In this document: piece after piece, positions 12,531-25,680 of the stretch
Position numbering within the stretch: the first letter of the stretch is position 1
Layout: the number at the start of each line of letters is the position of its first letter
Assembly: GCA_016618385.1 (NCBI GenBank)
Contig: JABFOP010000357.1
Span: 415,545-479,544, forward strand
Direction of reading: 5' to 3'
DNA: 64,000 nucleotides
Origin: Nymphon striatum
Taxonomy: Eukaryota
The notes under the pieces: model-generated
Told to the model about the DNA's origin: nothing
Database searches by the model: none
Seen by the model: only the letters and a program-made list of their open reading frames with translations
Position numbers and translations under genes: made by a program

Positions 12531-13435
12531 GAGGTAAACAGTGTGTACCATCATATTCAGATCTGTACTCTCACATTACACCACTGTAGGGAAAAGCTTT
12601 ACCAAGGTGAGAAAGAAGAGGAAATTGAAGTCGTCATTGTTACAGGACTCCACACTACAGTGATAACGTCCAGTAAAGCCGGCTCAAGTCAAACAGTGCA
12701 AATGTAATTGCAGGTGCCGAAGCTGATTGTGAGGATGAAACTGGTCTTGAGGATGAAGTTAGGTCATAAGTGAGAGTTTCCTGTGAGAAGTTGTATCAAA
12801 CATTACATCTGGATGATGTCACAGTTAAACCATAGCGCTATTCCTATATCCAAATGTATTACACAGCTGCATTTTCAATTAAACTCTCTCTTGCCTGTAG
12901 AATTTCAAACCGTCAATATGTAGTCCCTCATTCAATATCTTACATTCCTCGTCCTAATAACCGAACCTCGATCAAGTAGCTCATTCATCAAATTTATAAA
13001 ACCAAACATGCTACAATTGGCAACCCTGGCGTGATGTTTGCCACAAAGTTGACCTGTGAGAGTCTGTAACCATTTGGAACAAAGCTAGAAGAATGTGGAA
13101 TTTGTAGGCAGACAGACAGCAACCAGCTGGAAAGTTTTCTTTGACAGGAATGGCATTATCCATGTCCGATTTCACAGGGTCTCCAGTGTGAACGTACGTG
13201 GGACAGGATCATTTATCCTACAATGAATTTATTTTCCAATACAATACAAGACGCGATAGACGAGATATTTAATCAATATGCAAATGAAACCTAGGGTGAG
13301 TTGCTATACAAATCAGAATATTCAATTTTATTCAAATAAATAGGGTCACCAGTTGTAGCGCAATGTAGGTGCAGGTCACTCTAGTTCCACTAGTTGTGGA
13401 AAGTGACTCAGCCATTGTAGCAATGACTAGCTTAA

Positions 13436-13988
13436 AGGCATACTCCACTCATTGACACTTATTTTGAATAATCTCTGAAATGATAGAACAGGGCGAGTTA
13501 AGCAGATCCTGAAATTTTTTCACTTATCTGACATCGTTAAATATTTTTTTAATTGATAAAACATTAATTGTAACGAGAGGGTAGAGAGCGGCCATTTTAT
13601 TATCTACATCCGTAAATACGTCAGAGGCGCGACTCTGCTTCCGACATTACCAGGCTGATCAACATTTAACCTCCTCCTTTTCGGCTCGAATCGATACGGT
13701 TTTATTCCCTTTTTACCAGCATAATTTTGAAAAATATCTTTCACTTGAATCAATAGAAGCTTCAGCCATCTTGGTAAATGTCACAGCGCTGCTGATGTCA
13801 CGCCTGATAAGTCACGTGACTTTGTCCAAAATGGCAGCTGCTCTAATATCCAAGATTGTGGTTTTTAAAATGAGTTTAAAAATATTAAATGAACTCGAAA
13901 ACAATTCAAAAAATCAGGAATTGTTATTTGATATATGTACTATGGATTGAGAATTTTTTTTTTTTTACACTCAATGAGTGGAGTGATG
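13436..13988. mobile_element. MITE with TIR GCATACTCCACTCATTG / CAATGAGTGGAGT, in PHKG intron 11. A second, 3'-truncated copy lies at 31235..32150.
   Basis: TIRs are read directly. The internal similarity to 31235.. includes the AAAATGAGTTTAAAAATATTAAATGAACT block. Confidence 0.7.
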
Positions 13989-14504
13989 ATGACCCAATGA
14001 CCTTTAAGAAAGATGAAATGAGAAACAAAATATTTGACAGATAAATATTTTCTGAGTTTATTTTGCAATACAATACAAGATGCAAATTGAGTAGGAGAAA
14101 GACCAAGGTCTCTCAGAAGAGAATATTAAAGTCTTTCGTTGCTACAATGTATTGAATACTTATCATCCAATCACAAATAACCCACTGCACTTCAACTTAC
14201 TCACCATTGTTATGAGTAAATATGTTATATGCTGTTAAGTATTACTAAGAAATTTGGAATAACTCGCTCATGATATTTCTCTCTTAAACTTAGAATAACA
14301 TTTTCTTCCTGCATCATTCTAATAGTTTTTGATATTTTTACGAACATTTATTTTACAGCTTATACTTTATTAGAAACTATATCCTAATTTATCAATCATT
14401 TTGTCTTTTCCATATTTTGTATTTCTGATTGGAAAGATATTTTCTGTTTTATTATCCTATTTATATAGTAATTATAGAAAGTTGCTTCTTTCTCCACTCA
14501 CTAG

Positions 14505-14621
14505 TTTGGTATCTTATGTGTCCGATGTCTTGTAAGATTGAAAAGACTTAAGTGTACTCCTGAACCAATATCTATGGATGTAGTAATGACAGATCCATAC
14601 CATATAAAGCCATTAAGAAAG
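14505..14621 (+). CDS. PHKG: PHKG exon 12 (FGILCVRCLVRLKRLKCTPEPISMDVVMTDPYHIKPLRK), the first calmodulin-binding region
   Basis: cactag acceptor and gtttgt donor. It matches [39 protein letters not shown]. Confidence 0.75.
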
Positions 14622-16062
14622 GTTTGTATTCATCTAAAATTTTCCTAATTATAGTTGATGATGACAATACAAAATTTAAGAGTATATTTGTAATATGATC
14701 AGTAGTAAAAGTGAAATATGATGTCAAGCTTACGAGGTCAGTTAGTCACCTGTTGTAGAAGGTGGGGTTCATTATGGCAACTGTTTGGAAAGAAAAAAAA
14801 ATGATAGAATAACTAATTCAAAGACAAAATTGTTCTGATTATCACTTATTAATATATAGTTTTTTTTTTACTCTTCTTGAAATAGTGAAATGGGTTCTTT
14901 AACGTGCAGAGGGTGTGACTAACCTCTACACTCTTCACTCCATTGACGTCCTTTCCGAGAGACAGAGTATTGTCTCATCTGAACCAGCCTGCATCTGATT
15001 CAAAAGAGGAAGGCACGATAATACACAACGTTAAGGAAGAATAACAAATGGGAGGTTTGAGCGAGATTCGAACCTGTATCAATCAAACCCCACCCAGCAC
15101 ACAAACATGAGTCCCTATATGGGCTGGAATATGGGGCCCCATATGGGCTCCATGTGGGCAAGTCGGAAAATAAATTAAATGGTGCAATCTGCCAGTACTG
15201 GCCCAATGATAGCACTACAGTACCAAAACATTCCATCCTATGTATAAAACCCCCAGCATCGTGTCATCGGGTTCATAGAAATGAATACAGTACTATTATT
15301 TTTCTGCTCTAAAAACCTTGTAGATTGCTTTAATGTTTCATATACTAAAAGCAGCAGAATTTAGGCCTATATTGACTTTATGACCTTGATTTTATGAAGG
15401 CAATTCATATAGTTTTCAGAAGACTCCTCATGTTGTAACATTTTAAGCCATCCATATAATTAAACAGATTTAAACTTATCTAGAGACCTACCCCAAAATT
15501 ATGTAAGCATGTTCCTTCATTTGATGTGCAGATGCAAATAAGTTTGGGAAAAAAATGGCTTTTTCATAGCCACAACAATCAGCAACTTCAAGAAAATGGT
15601 AAACGGTGAATTCTTGATTAAAATTTGTACTGCATCTACCCTACGGCCATATTTTTGTAACTCTCCTTTCTTTCTTCCTTTGACCCCCCCCCCCTAAAAA
15701 AAAATTTCTATAAAACTATCAGGTCCTGCTTTGAAAATATAAATGAAATTAAGACTGCTGCTACAGGTTGGTCCCGAACAAGGTAAGCTGGGGTCTAAAA
15801 AAAAAATCAAATGGATTGAAACACTATCTTGAGAATGCATTGAGCAAGATAAAAAACTATTTTGAAAAATAATAATTTATTGAAATTTTCTGTGAACTCT
15901 ATAACCTAGCCATAATACAAGCCATAATCGTTTGAATAAAGGAAAACTGTTGAATTCACAGCTACTCTGCAACTCTTACTTAAAGTGTTGAGAATATGAT
16001 GAAAATTACAAGTATGTGATCACATTAATTTTGACATGAATGAAAGTATAATATTTTTGCAG

Positions 16063-16203
16063 GTTATTGATGCATATGCCTTCCGAATTTATGGTCACTG
16101 GGTCAAGCGAAGTGATGAACAAAATCGTGCAGCTTTATTTGAAAACAAACCTAAAATTGAATTGAGGGACAAAACTCAGAGAAAAATTTCATTTTTATTA
16201 TGA
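16063..16203 (+). CDS. PHKG: PHKG terminal exon ([46 protein letters not shown]), the second calmodulin-binding region. The stop TGA is at 16201-16203.
   Basis: ttttgcag acceptor. It matches [34 protein letters not shown] motifs lie downstream at about 16440. Confidence 0.85.
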   Translation, partial: VIDAYAFRIYGHWVKRSDEQNRAALFENKPKIELRDKTQRKISFLL

Positions 16204-17143
16204 TTCATGTATTATATTAGTTGTATTCATACTAGTCATTTCCTATGTAAAAATCTCAGCAATGTTTCTTGAATTCTGGTGTGCCATTGTTCTTAATTTT
16301 AAGTACTCATTGATATGGTAGAATCCTAATTTAAGATTTTATTTAAATAATTCTGTTAAATTTAGAAATCAAATTTTTCAAAATTAACAATGTTTCTTTT
16401 GAGATAACTTCATGAAACTTGGTTAGCATTGAATGATTCAAATAAATGAATGGTAACAGATAAATTACCTTTAATAACTCAGGAGTTAAAACTCATTGGG
16501 GCTACCGAAGTTGAGGACATTTTAAGATTTAGTGAAATATTCAATTTTACTCACATATTATTGATCAATTTCTGTAATATTTTTCTTTTTCTTTTTTTTG
16601 GAATTAAAATGTTCATTTTATCTAAAATTTACAAATGTTTTTGAAAGATTTTGATTTCAATTTATTTCAATTTATTCAGCTGCAGTTTTATCTCGAATTT
16701 TAACAAAAATTAAGACTAAGCTTACAGAAATAAGTTAGATGTGTGAAATCAACTTCAAATCTTTGTTTTATTTTGTTTATTTTATTTGAATATTAATTGA
16801 ATGGTCATTCAGATCTTTTTAGTTTTAGGGCCCCTTGACCTTTTACTTCCATCACAATTTTATTTTATAAGATTTTGACTTTATTGTGTAAATATAATTT
16901 TAAAATTAACTCATTGCCTCTCTGAATCTTCAATCATTCCTCCGATATTGAATTATATAACTATTGTGAGCTACTAAACCATGATTTCCTGCTTTTTGTT
17001 CATACTCAGAATCTAAAAGATATTTTGGCAAATCATTTACATATTATTTGCAATGAAGCTATAATACTTTTATATTGAAAGTTGCATTGGCTGTTCAAAT
17101 AAAAAATATATATTTGTTGAAAGTTCCTCAGATTGTTATAATT

Positions 17144-17545
17144 CAGGGTTAGACCTAGCTTTTTATACCTATTAGTCGGCACTTTAGCCAAATCAATGCT
17201 ATCTTTAGCCATAACATTTTAAAAAATTGTATCTTTACTAATGAAACAGTATTTATTAGCAAAATGAAATAAAACAATAATTTAAATTGAGGCTAGCACT
17301 CCCTCAATGCTTTACAATAAATAAACATTTTAAATAAATTTAAATAAATAAACAATAAACGCCATTTAAAGCATATGAAAGGTATGGAAATAGTATTTTA
17401 TCCCGAGAATTAATATATTAGGAATTTCAGTGATAATGTGTTCAGAAATGGCAGTCGCCAAAAAATTAGCCAACTTGAAACAAAATTCGCCAAATATGAT
17501 TTTCTTTTGCATTTGGCGACGTGGCAAACGGGGCAGTCTAACCCT
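17144..17545. mobile_element. MITE with TIR CAGGGTTAGACCTAGC / GGCAGTCTAACCCTG and a 5-bp TSD TAATT
   Basis: TIRs and identical flanks are read directly. The AT-rich interior has no ORF. Confidence 0.75.
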
Positions 17546-18999
17546 GTAATTCAACATTGCGAATGTGATCATAAATTGGTGAATTGCACAATCTTCTAGA
17601 GGTATACTCGTAGTTGTTGAAACACATTTTCTGTATTCTCAAATACCCCATGACATACAAATAACTATTTAAAATCTCAATATTGAGTCAAATTAGCATC
17701 TCTTTTTTTCTGTGGTCATTTCTAGAAATTGATTAAAAGTTGTTCAATTTATTCTGTGAGCAATGAAGTTTCCTTGTGTGACATTAAAAGCCTCAGGTAT
17801 GGATAAATTTGCTTGGACTCAAGTTATAGCATGCATGCATAATATAATATTTTTAAATTACTGAAGTCGTGAAGATATGATTTCCAGAGCCTACATTGAG
17901 TTGAAAGTTGTGTGATTATAAGAAATTTTATATTTTCAACATATATACTGCCATAAGTTTTTAGTTTGATTGATTATTTTGTTTTTGTATATAGTAAATT
18001 ATTAAAACTCCTGTCTGTTATTTATTCCCTTTTATATGTTTGTATCTTTTGCTCATTCACATTTTTTTGGGTCAGTTTAAAATTTATTTATAATGTATTT
18101 TTATAAAACTTTCTTTTTATTTTCTAAAAAAGTTATTAGAATTTTTTTTTTTTTTTTTTGTGATTGTTACTCAACTGTTAGCAAAGTCAACCTATTGTTT
18201 TAAACTGTCATTTGTTTTATTTATTGAATTGATGATAGATTTTGTTTGTTTTTCTCTTTTTAAATGCAATAAATAAATTTTGATCTTTAATTATTTGGCA
18301 TTTCATGATAAATAATGTCAAATCATGACCTATTTATGACATATTGGCTAGTAAAATTTATCACAAAATAATCATTTTGAATTTGCCAGTTTCACATCTT
18401 GTTCCATCTCTGCATATCACTTATGTTGTACTGCCATAAAAAATTCAGATATAAGTTTAGACAGCATTGATAGCTTACTAAATCTTTTCAAAAGGCTTGC
18501 AGACAAAATTTTATTTCGATTCTAGCTGAAATAAATCTAGTAAAAGTGTGCAATGTTTTTTCTTAGATTATAATGAACTGATCTCGAACTAGCAAATTGA
18601 ATGCACTGCATATGTTATGGAGGATAAAATGGCGCTTCTTTTTATACCAAAAAACCTTCCCTAACAATTTGTTTATTAAGGCTCAATGTTATTTCGACCA
18701 GACTAACAGGAGACTCGCGATTTTCGACCCAAGGCAAAATTTGGTAGTCAGAAGTAGATTTTATAATGCAGGTCCTTATTAGCAGCATATATTAACAAAA
18801 TTATCATTCACAAAGGTTAGTACAGTATTAGAAGAAACATTATGTTTGATTTCTGTTCTCATTTTGTGTAATTAAGAGTAGAATGAATTTCGATGTGCAA
18901 CCCTATCCGAGTCGTGTTATTTATTGTAAGCTAAAATTAAAACATGGCGCCGTTCATTTTCATTTTGTGTCGTGTGTGTTGGAAAAAGTCTTATAAATC

Positions 19000-19930
19000 T
19001 AAAACCACTAAGGTTTACTACTAAGGTTTAGTGGGACACTACTAAGGTTCATTTCGGCTCGCCATCTAGCGGATTTACCGGTATTTAACAAAGGCTAAAA
19101 GAAGGAAAACTTCGAAATCAAATCACCTGCTACCTTGCAAGTTTGGCTTGTTGAAGCAAAGGTTAGACCCCAGTCCCAGCAAACAGGAGGGGGCTATGCT
19201 TGTACCGGCTTGTACCCAGTATTTCAAAGCACCCCTATCTAAGGCATTTGCCAATTTTTCTACCCCCTATTACGGGCTTATATCGCAATTTTCCACCCCA
19301 TTTCTAGGGGGTTCAGGGATTCATGTACCCCCTTTCTAGGGTATCACACATATCAAGAATTTATAAGACCCAAGAATATGTGTGAAATACACACCTGTAC
19401 TTGCACAATTATGAACCTTCGGTTCTATTTTCTGCTTAATGGTGGCGCATGGTAATTCATTCTAATTTCGATTTTATATGTGATTTATGCCATTTGGTGA
19501 CATTATTTGCGTTTTGCCGGTTTATTTACATTCGGTGATAACCACTAATCATTTTTAGTAATTCTGACATTTAACACTTTTTTGAACTTTTATTTAAGCC
19601 TTTTAAAATTCTGACATCTGACATTGGCACCCTCCTTACCCCCCCTCATATAAGGATGAGTTAAAGTTTCAATTTTTAACAAAAAAAGGGATAGGTGAAA
19701 TTGGGAATAAAAACTTGGCAACTATATGTGGGAACTAACTCGGGCATGCATCTTTGAAATAACACCCCCTTTTTAATTTCTCGGGGTTTGATCTTAAAAT
19801 TAACCCCCTATTTTTGATTTCTCGGGGATTTTTCACCAGAGTTTTGCCTTGGAAATACCCCACCATTCCCCAGAAAATCGGAACGCGCATGCGGCCCCTA
19901 AATGTACTTGAGTGGGGGGAGGGGCGCGGG
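19000..19930 (-). repeat. Complete copy of a repeat family of about 900 bp, which contains the GGGGCCGCATGCGCGTTCCGATTTTCTCGGGG block and an internal 37-bp minisatellite
   Basis: It is the reverse complement of the copies at 22370..22880 and 33790..34400. Confidence 0.7.
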
Positions 19931-20195
19931 GGTTAGACCCACGGCCTATAACTGTGGTTGGCGTCAGCAAGGGCATGCGGCCATGAACATCCCGAACATC
20001 CCTGCTACAAATTTTAAATATGGAAATGTCGTCGACACTTGTGGAACATTACAATTCGTCCACTGGTAAAATAATAATAAGTTAGGCCATACCTTGGGAT
20101 AATAACGGCTGCGAGAGAGAAAATAATATTTTTTTATATAATATTTGACATATTTTCATTTTTACTTTATCTACATAAATAAACTATTATCTGTG

Positions 20196-20216
20196 GTGTG
20201 TGTGTGTGTGTGGGTC
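20196..20216. repeat. (TG)n microsatellite
   Basis: Read directly. Confidence 0.9.
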
Positions 20217-21086
20217 TAGTTAGTTTTATTATTTATTAGATATTCTACCTAAATTTGGTTGATTTATTGTCCAGTTGTTTTTATTTTTTTGTTTTTATCT
20301 TTATAATGTAGACGATCGAATTAAGGTAAAATGATGACCAACCCGGAATTAAATTGTGTAAAGCCAAATTGTGTATCATTAGAAGCGCAATTTAAAGGGG
20401 ACATATGTACTCAAAAAAAAGTGTTTGTTATAATAATCTATGATCCCGCTAATGCATCCTGTGTAGCGCCATTAGCGAGTGACGTCATCGGTTAGAATGC
20501 TGAGTCGGTCGCCATACATATACATACATAGATCCTGTGGTCGCAAGAAAAATGGCCATGCCCTTTTTCTTGCGAAGTGCGACCTTCCTCCACAGCTGTA
20601 TCTCGAGAACTGTTAGACATAAGAGGTTGCTTGACCGCTTAAAATGTGCGGAATAGCCACATTATGTGGGGTCAGTAATTGAGTTGTTAAGTGTGACGTA
20701 AATGATGACGATTTACCACTTCCGGGTCCCAGTGGGGGCGAATAAAGATGAAATGATGACCAATCAGGAATTAAATTGTTTAAGCCATATATGGTATGTG
20801 AGAACCTGTGAGGAGTGTTTTAGCTAAAGAATAGATTAAAGCTTTATAAACAACTCAGGCTTTATTATACTCAAAACTGAGGTACATTATAAAAGTAAAA
20901 AGGCAGCAGACAATAATGACAAGTAAGTGAATTTACAAACAGTTTGATGGAGTATATATGAAAAACAAGACATAGTAATTAGAATAGGTGAATAAAATTA
21001 AAGTTGCAAGAGGGGTCTACTGAGCAGTGAGCAGCAGTGAGAATCCTCACATTCACCCCCACAAAAATAAATGTTCGCAAGCGTAC

Positions 21087-21765
21087 TCAGTAGGGTACTG
21101 CATCGCCGTAACGTTCAGGGGCCTTTCTAGACCTCTGGGATCGACGAGGACCCTCGTTCAAAGCAACACTTTCAGCATTGGCTCGGCGTTCGGAGTGGTC
21201 CTCAGAATGAGAAAGAGTTGGTAAATTTTCGACTGGCGAGTTGATGAATTCTGGTTCTGTTGAGCCTTGTGTAATGGGCGAACTTTTAGGCAGAACCAAT
21301 GAGTCTACTTCATCCTGTAGCTCAACGTCTAGCGTTTCTTTATTTCCGGTAGATGGAGATGGGCAAGGGGCTAGATCCGATGTTGTGCTCTCACGACCAT
21401 CGCGATGACGAATGTGAGCGTAGGTCTGGTTAGCATCTAGAAGCATAACTTGGTCACATAATGGATCTTCTTTTGATCTGACAAAACGCCTTAGTAATAC
21501 AGGCCCTTCAGATAAGAGCCAGGAGGGCATTGAAGACCCAGTCATTGCACGTCTGGGAAATTTAAATATCCTTTCATGAGGAGTTTCGTTGGTTGCGAGA
21601 CATATTAGGGACCGGACTGAATGGAGAGCTCCGGCTAAGACAGATTCCCATTGAGATTCGGGCAGCGATCGACTGTGCAAAATCAGTTTAATTGTCCGCC
21701 AAACCGTCTGGTTAATACGCTCATACTGCCCATTTCCTTGAGGGTGGTAGGGTGAAGAATAGTAA
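21087..21765 (-). mobile_element. Retroelement integrase (rve core C-terminus plus downstream region) fragment (..YYSSPYHPQGNGQYERINQTVWRTIKLILHSRSLPESQWESVLAGALHSVRSL..)
   Basis: ORF 21087..21680(-) plus an upstream in-frame extension. It has the hPYHPQ.NGQ.ER.NqTl signature of retroviral-type integrases. It is flanked by about 80-bp direct repeats at 20975 and 21765. Confidence 0.7.
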
Positions 21766-22369
21766 TTAGAATAGGTGAATAAAATTAAAGTTGCAAGAGG
21801 GGTCTACTGAGCAGTGAGCAGCAGTGAGAATCCTCACATGGTATCGTTAGAAGCGCTATTTAAAACACTTTAAGAATATGTAATTCCGCATTTTGGGGGC
21901 ATTTGGCCAAACAGAAATATAGACTTATTCGTAAATGGAGGCTGTTTGCCTTTAACATTTAATTAGTTGCATTCGATTTAACTAAAAGTAAAAATATATT
22001 TTAATTTTTGGGTGAACGACACAAATAAACCGATACCGTAAAGGCTCATCCGGAGTCGTCCTCCATCTTCCTATTTAAACTTTTAAAAGACTTGGAGGAA
22101 AAAATCAGCTGAAGTACACCGATTTCTCAAGAAGAGGTGAAACCCTCTCGTCTAAGCTGTAACAAAAAAAACAAGTAATGATGCAGTAGCAAAGACATGA
22201 AGCTCGTTTATTTAAAGATTTGCGGTCACTTCTTCTTTATGAGGTAAGTGTTTTGGGATCAGCTATAGATTCCACAAATTTCCTACTTTGGTCTGTCTAC
22301 TACACCTGTTGCTCCTACTATGACTGGTATAACTTCTACCGTTTTGTTCCACATCTTCTGGCATTCAAT

Positions 22370-22880
22370 CTGCAGGTCCACTCAAGTACATTTAGCGGCC
22401 GTATGCGCGTTCCGATTTTCTCGGGGAAGGTGGGGGTATTTCCAAGGCAAAACTCGGGTGAAAAATCGCCGAGAAATCAAAAATACGGGGTTAATTTTAA
22501 GATCGAACTCCGAGAAATTTACAAAAGGGGAGAAATTGAAATTTTAACTCATTCTTATATAAAAAGGGGGGGGGGTTACCAATGTCAGATGTTAGTTCAA
22601 AAAAATTTTAAATGTCAGAATTACTAAAAATGAGTAGTGGTTATCACCGAATGTAAATAAACCGGCAAAACGCAAATAATGTCACCAAATGGCATAAATC
22701 GCATATAAAATTGAAATTAGAATGAATTACCGTGCGCCACCATTAAGCAGAAAATAGAACCGAAGGCTCATAATTGTGCTTTTGTACAGGTGTACTTTTG
22801 TACAGTTGTGTATTGCACACATATTCTTGGGTCTTATAGGGGGGTTAAAATAGTTTAATGTTTTGTCCACATACTTGCTG
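22370..22880 (+). repeat. Partial copy of the same repeat family, inverted relative to 19000..19930
   Basis: Direct sequence comparison. Confidence 0.7.
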
Positions 22881-23258
22881 AGCAGCTGAGCTTCTCAGTA
22901 GCTTTTTTTCCGAATGTTGTAGTCGCTCGGGATTGATACATCTGTTAGGAAGCACCTTCTAGAGTTCTTTTCCTTGATGACTATGTCTGGCTTGTTGCAA
23001 GGGATGTGCATATCTGTTTGGATCTGCGAGTCCCACAATGCTGTTACATCCTCATTCTCAACTACACTATCTGGATTGTGCTCAAACCAGATGTGGGTTT
23101 GCACTGTGATGCCATAGTGATTGCAGATATTCAGATGAAGCTCAGCAGCCCCTTTGTTGTGCCTGTCAAGATATTTGCCTGGTGCTAGAATTTGACACCC
23201 TGCCATGTGTTCAGTTGTTTCTGGAATCTGGGGACACATCCTACATTTGTCAATGTCC

Positions 23259-23404
23259 ACTGCCGGATTTACCCTTGCTGAGGCCCTAAGCTATATCAGA
23301 ATTATATCTGAATATCTGAAGGATATCTGAAGGAGGCTGAGGCCCCTGGAGGCTTGAGGCCCTAAGCTATAGCTTTTTTAGCTTAGAGGTAAATCCGGCC
23401 CTGT
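23259..23404. mobile_element. Second copy of the hAT-like MITE (CAGGGCCGGATTTACC family) with a degraded left TIR and an 8-bp TSD with one mismatch (CAATGTCC / CAGTGTCC)
   Basis: The sequence matches 31369..31536. Confidence 0.65.
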
Positions 23405-23512
23405 CAGTGTCCCCTACTTTCATAATATGTTTCCCGTAGTATCTGGTATTGAGGACCGGGTCCTGGGCAGCTGTAATCAGGTTTTCAGTCTCACCTTAAT
23501 AATAATAATGTT

Positions 23513-24093
23513 TATCACATAATAGGGCGGTTATTCTACCGATCTCAGTGGACATAAAAATGGTATAAACACACGTGTAAAAACGTTTTTTAAAACGATT
23601 AACTTCTTAACGGTGAGAAATGTTTTTAATGGGCGACCGATTTTAATTGACAATAATCTTGAACAATGACAAATGGTTCTTGATAGTTTTCGTAATGGTT
23701 TTCCACTTTACTCAGATGTTTTTATTGCATTTGACTTGACCGGGTCCCCATTTTAATGGCTTGACCGGAGGGCTTCAATAGTTTCATTTAATTTATTTAC
23801 GATCATTTTAAAGAGGCGACAGACCTGGAAAATGTTTATAATGATTTGGCCAGAGGGCTCTTTGATAAAACCTTACACTTTTCTTTATACATTTGTTATA
23901 AGCTGAATCTATTTTAAATTAATTTAAATTAATTTTCAAAGCTATCTATTGATTATGTGATGTCCACGTCGTATACAGAATATATGACGGGCACTCATCA
24001 CGTATCCTTTATATACTTTTTTCTTGAAACCGGTCCCTATATTCGAAAGAGGCAACCCCCTCCCCCATAAAACAAATCCTGGATACGGGCATG
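23513..24093 (+). repeat. Copy of an interspersed repeat of about 600 bp (TATCACATAATAGGGCG....CCTGGMTACGGGCATG)
   Basis: It is about 90% identical to 28723..29333. A partial copy lies at 34530..34681. Confidence 0.75.
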
Positions 24094-24692
24094 GTTAAAG
24101 AGTTACAAGCAGTTTCCTTCGAATTATTTTACAGCATTTTGCAATTATTTTTAAACTTTTAATGACTATATTTCATTACAGAATTAAAATAAATAGCAAT
24201 AATGATTATTGACAAATAGGGAGGGAATAAAACATTTTTGTAAATTTTTAAATCTGTACTTATTTGACCTTTGACCTCTGACCATATCCAGCAGCTGTGC
24301 AACGCAAGACTCACTTTTCTGAATACGTCTTAGTATGATCTATTCCAAAAATACCAAGCAGACACGTGGTCATTTTATGCAGATAAATCACCCCTGGATC
24401 TCATATCCTAACGGTCACTGAATTTTATATTCGGTTTATCACACAACCGACAGATAGCTTCAAAAATTAATTTATAAATTAAAATAGATTTTGAAATTGA
24501 TTCAACTTGATACATGCAGTAAAGCTACACAACCACTCACACAGTAACAGGTATAAGGTACATTATAGGGGGACATTATAGGCCCCGGGCAAAACAGGCA
24601 AAAGTTACAACCAATTATTGTTTGTGAAATGTTTCAGAGTTACAGAAAAAAAGCAGTCAATCAGTATATTGTAGTTATATCACACAACCTTT

Positions 24693-25238
24693 GCTTTATT
24701 GCATGCATTAGGGGGTTGTATATTTCTTGTATTAGGACACGTCCCTATATATATCGTATAAGGAACACGTTCTATATTGGTGTCCAATTACAGACACAGG
24801 AAGTCTGAGATTTTGAATATTGCCTACCACGACTTTATTTTCCATTTTTTATACGCCGCTTCTCTAGTTTCACTTATCTAGGCATGGACTCATTTTTGTT
24901 TATATCGTAATACATCTTTCTCTCTTTTCTCTTTCTTTTTTCTTTTTTCTCTTCCTCTCTCTATTTCATACTTTCTAACCGAGTTCTCGGATTTCATTAA
25001 ATGTTTGAAACTCAATAGCCTACATTTCCCCTTCTTCACAATTTTCTTCTTTTTTTTTTTAGCTTGACTGGCACAAAATAAATCATTTACTAAGGCATTA
25101 ATAAATTCATTTTCGAAGCTACCTGTCGGTTGTGCGATAAACAGAATATAAAATTCGTGCCCGTTGCTTATGAGATATATGGAACTCGTAAGCAACGAGC
25201 ACCTCATTCCATATCCTCTATATATACCTCATACGTAC
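24693..25238 (+). repeat. Copy of a repeat of about 550 bp (contains ..CTACCTGTCGGTTGTGCGATAAACAGAATATAAAATTCGTGCCCGTTGCTTATGAG.. with an internal hairpin). Other copies lie at 34730..35068, 35069..35600 (tandem) and 5618..5720 (a fragment in PHKG intron 6).
   Basis: Direct comparison. ORFs 24890..25207(-) and 34644..34970(-) are low-complexity readthrough of this repeat. Confidence 0.7.
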
Positions 25239-25680
25239 GTTGCTGACAGGACTGACTACAAACTACAATTGCCTTGCACGTATATGACGTAGTATGACAG
25301 ACGCTAAGATTAGCACAGCTTTCACTATCAGATTTTATATTAATTAAATTAATGGCTGACTCGGTGTTCCCAATGTAACTTGTTAAAATTTAGGTTGGAA
25401 ATTTCCATAACATTTGTTGAATTTTCAATAATCCCATTTATATAATTTTAAATCATTATATAATATATAACACATGTGCGTACTAGTATTAAAACCTATA
25501 TCCAAATGGTTTGAATTGCTGTAACTAATGCGCTTTAATGCATTTCATAACCTGCTGGTGTTCTGTGTTGGTTTAACTTTTAGCTGTTGGTAAGTTATCA
25601 CTCTATTCAGACTATTGAGTTTATTCTTTCCTTCTACCCTCCAACTTATTACTCCTCTTAAAAACCAATTTATATTGCTT

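Noticed and set aside
22220-22627. ORFs 22220..22627(+), 22320..22547(+), 33784..34191(+) and 33792..33989(-)
   Set aside because: They are readthrough of the dispersed 900-bp repeat and its minisatellite. The same sequence occurs in three copies in both orientations.
24890-25207. ORFs 24890..25207(-) and 34644..34970(-), with K/E-rich proteins
   Set aside because: They lie entirely inside copies of the 550-bp interspersed repeat and are low-complexity, purine-run translations.
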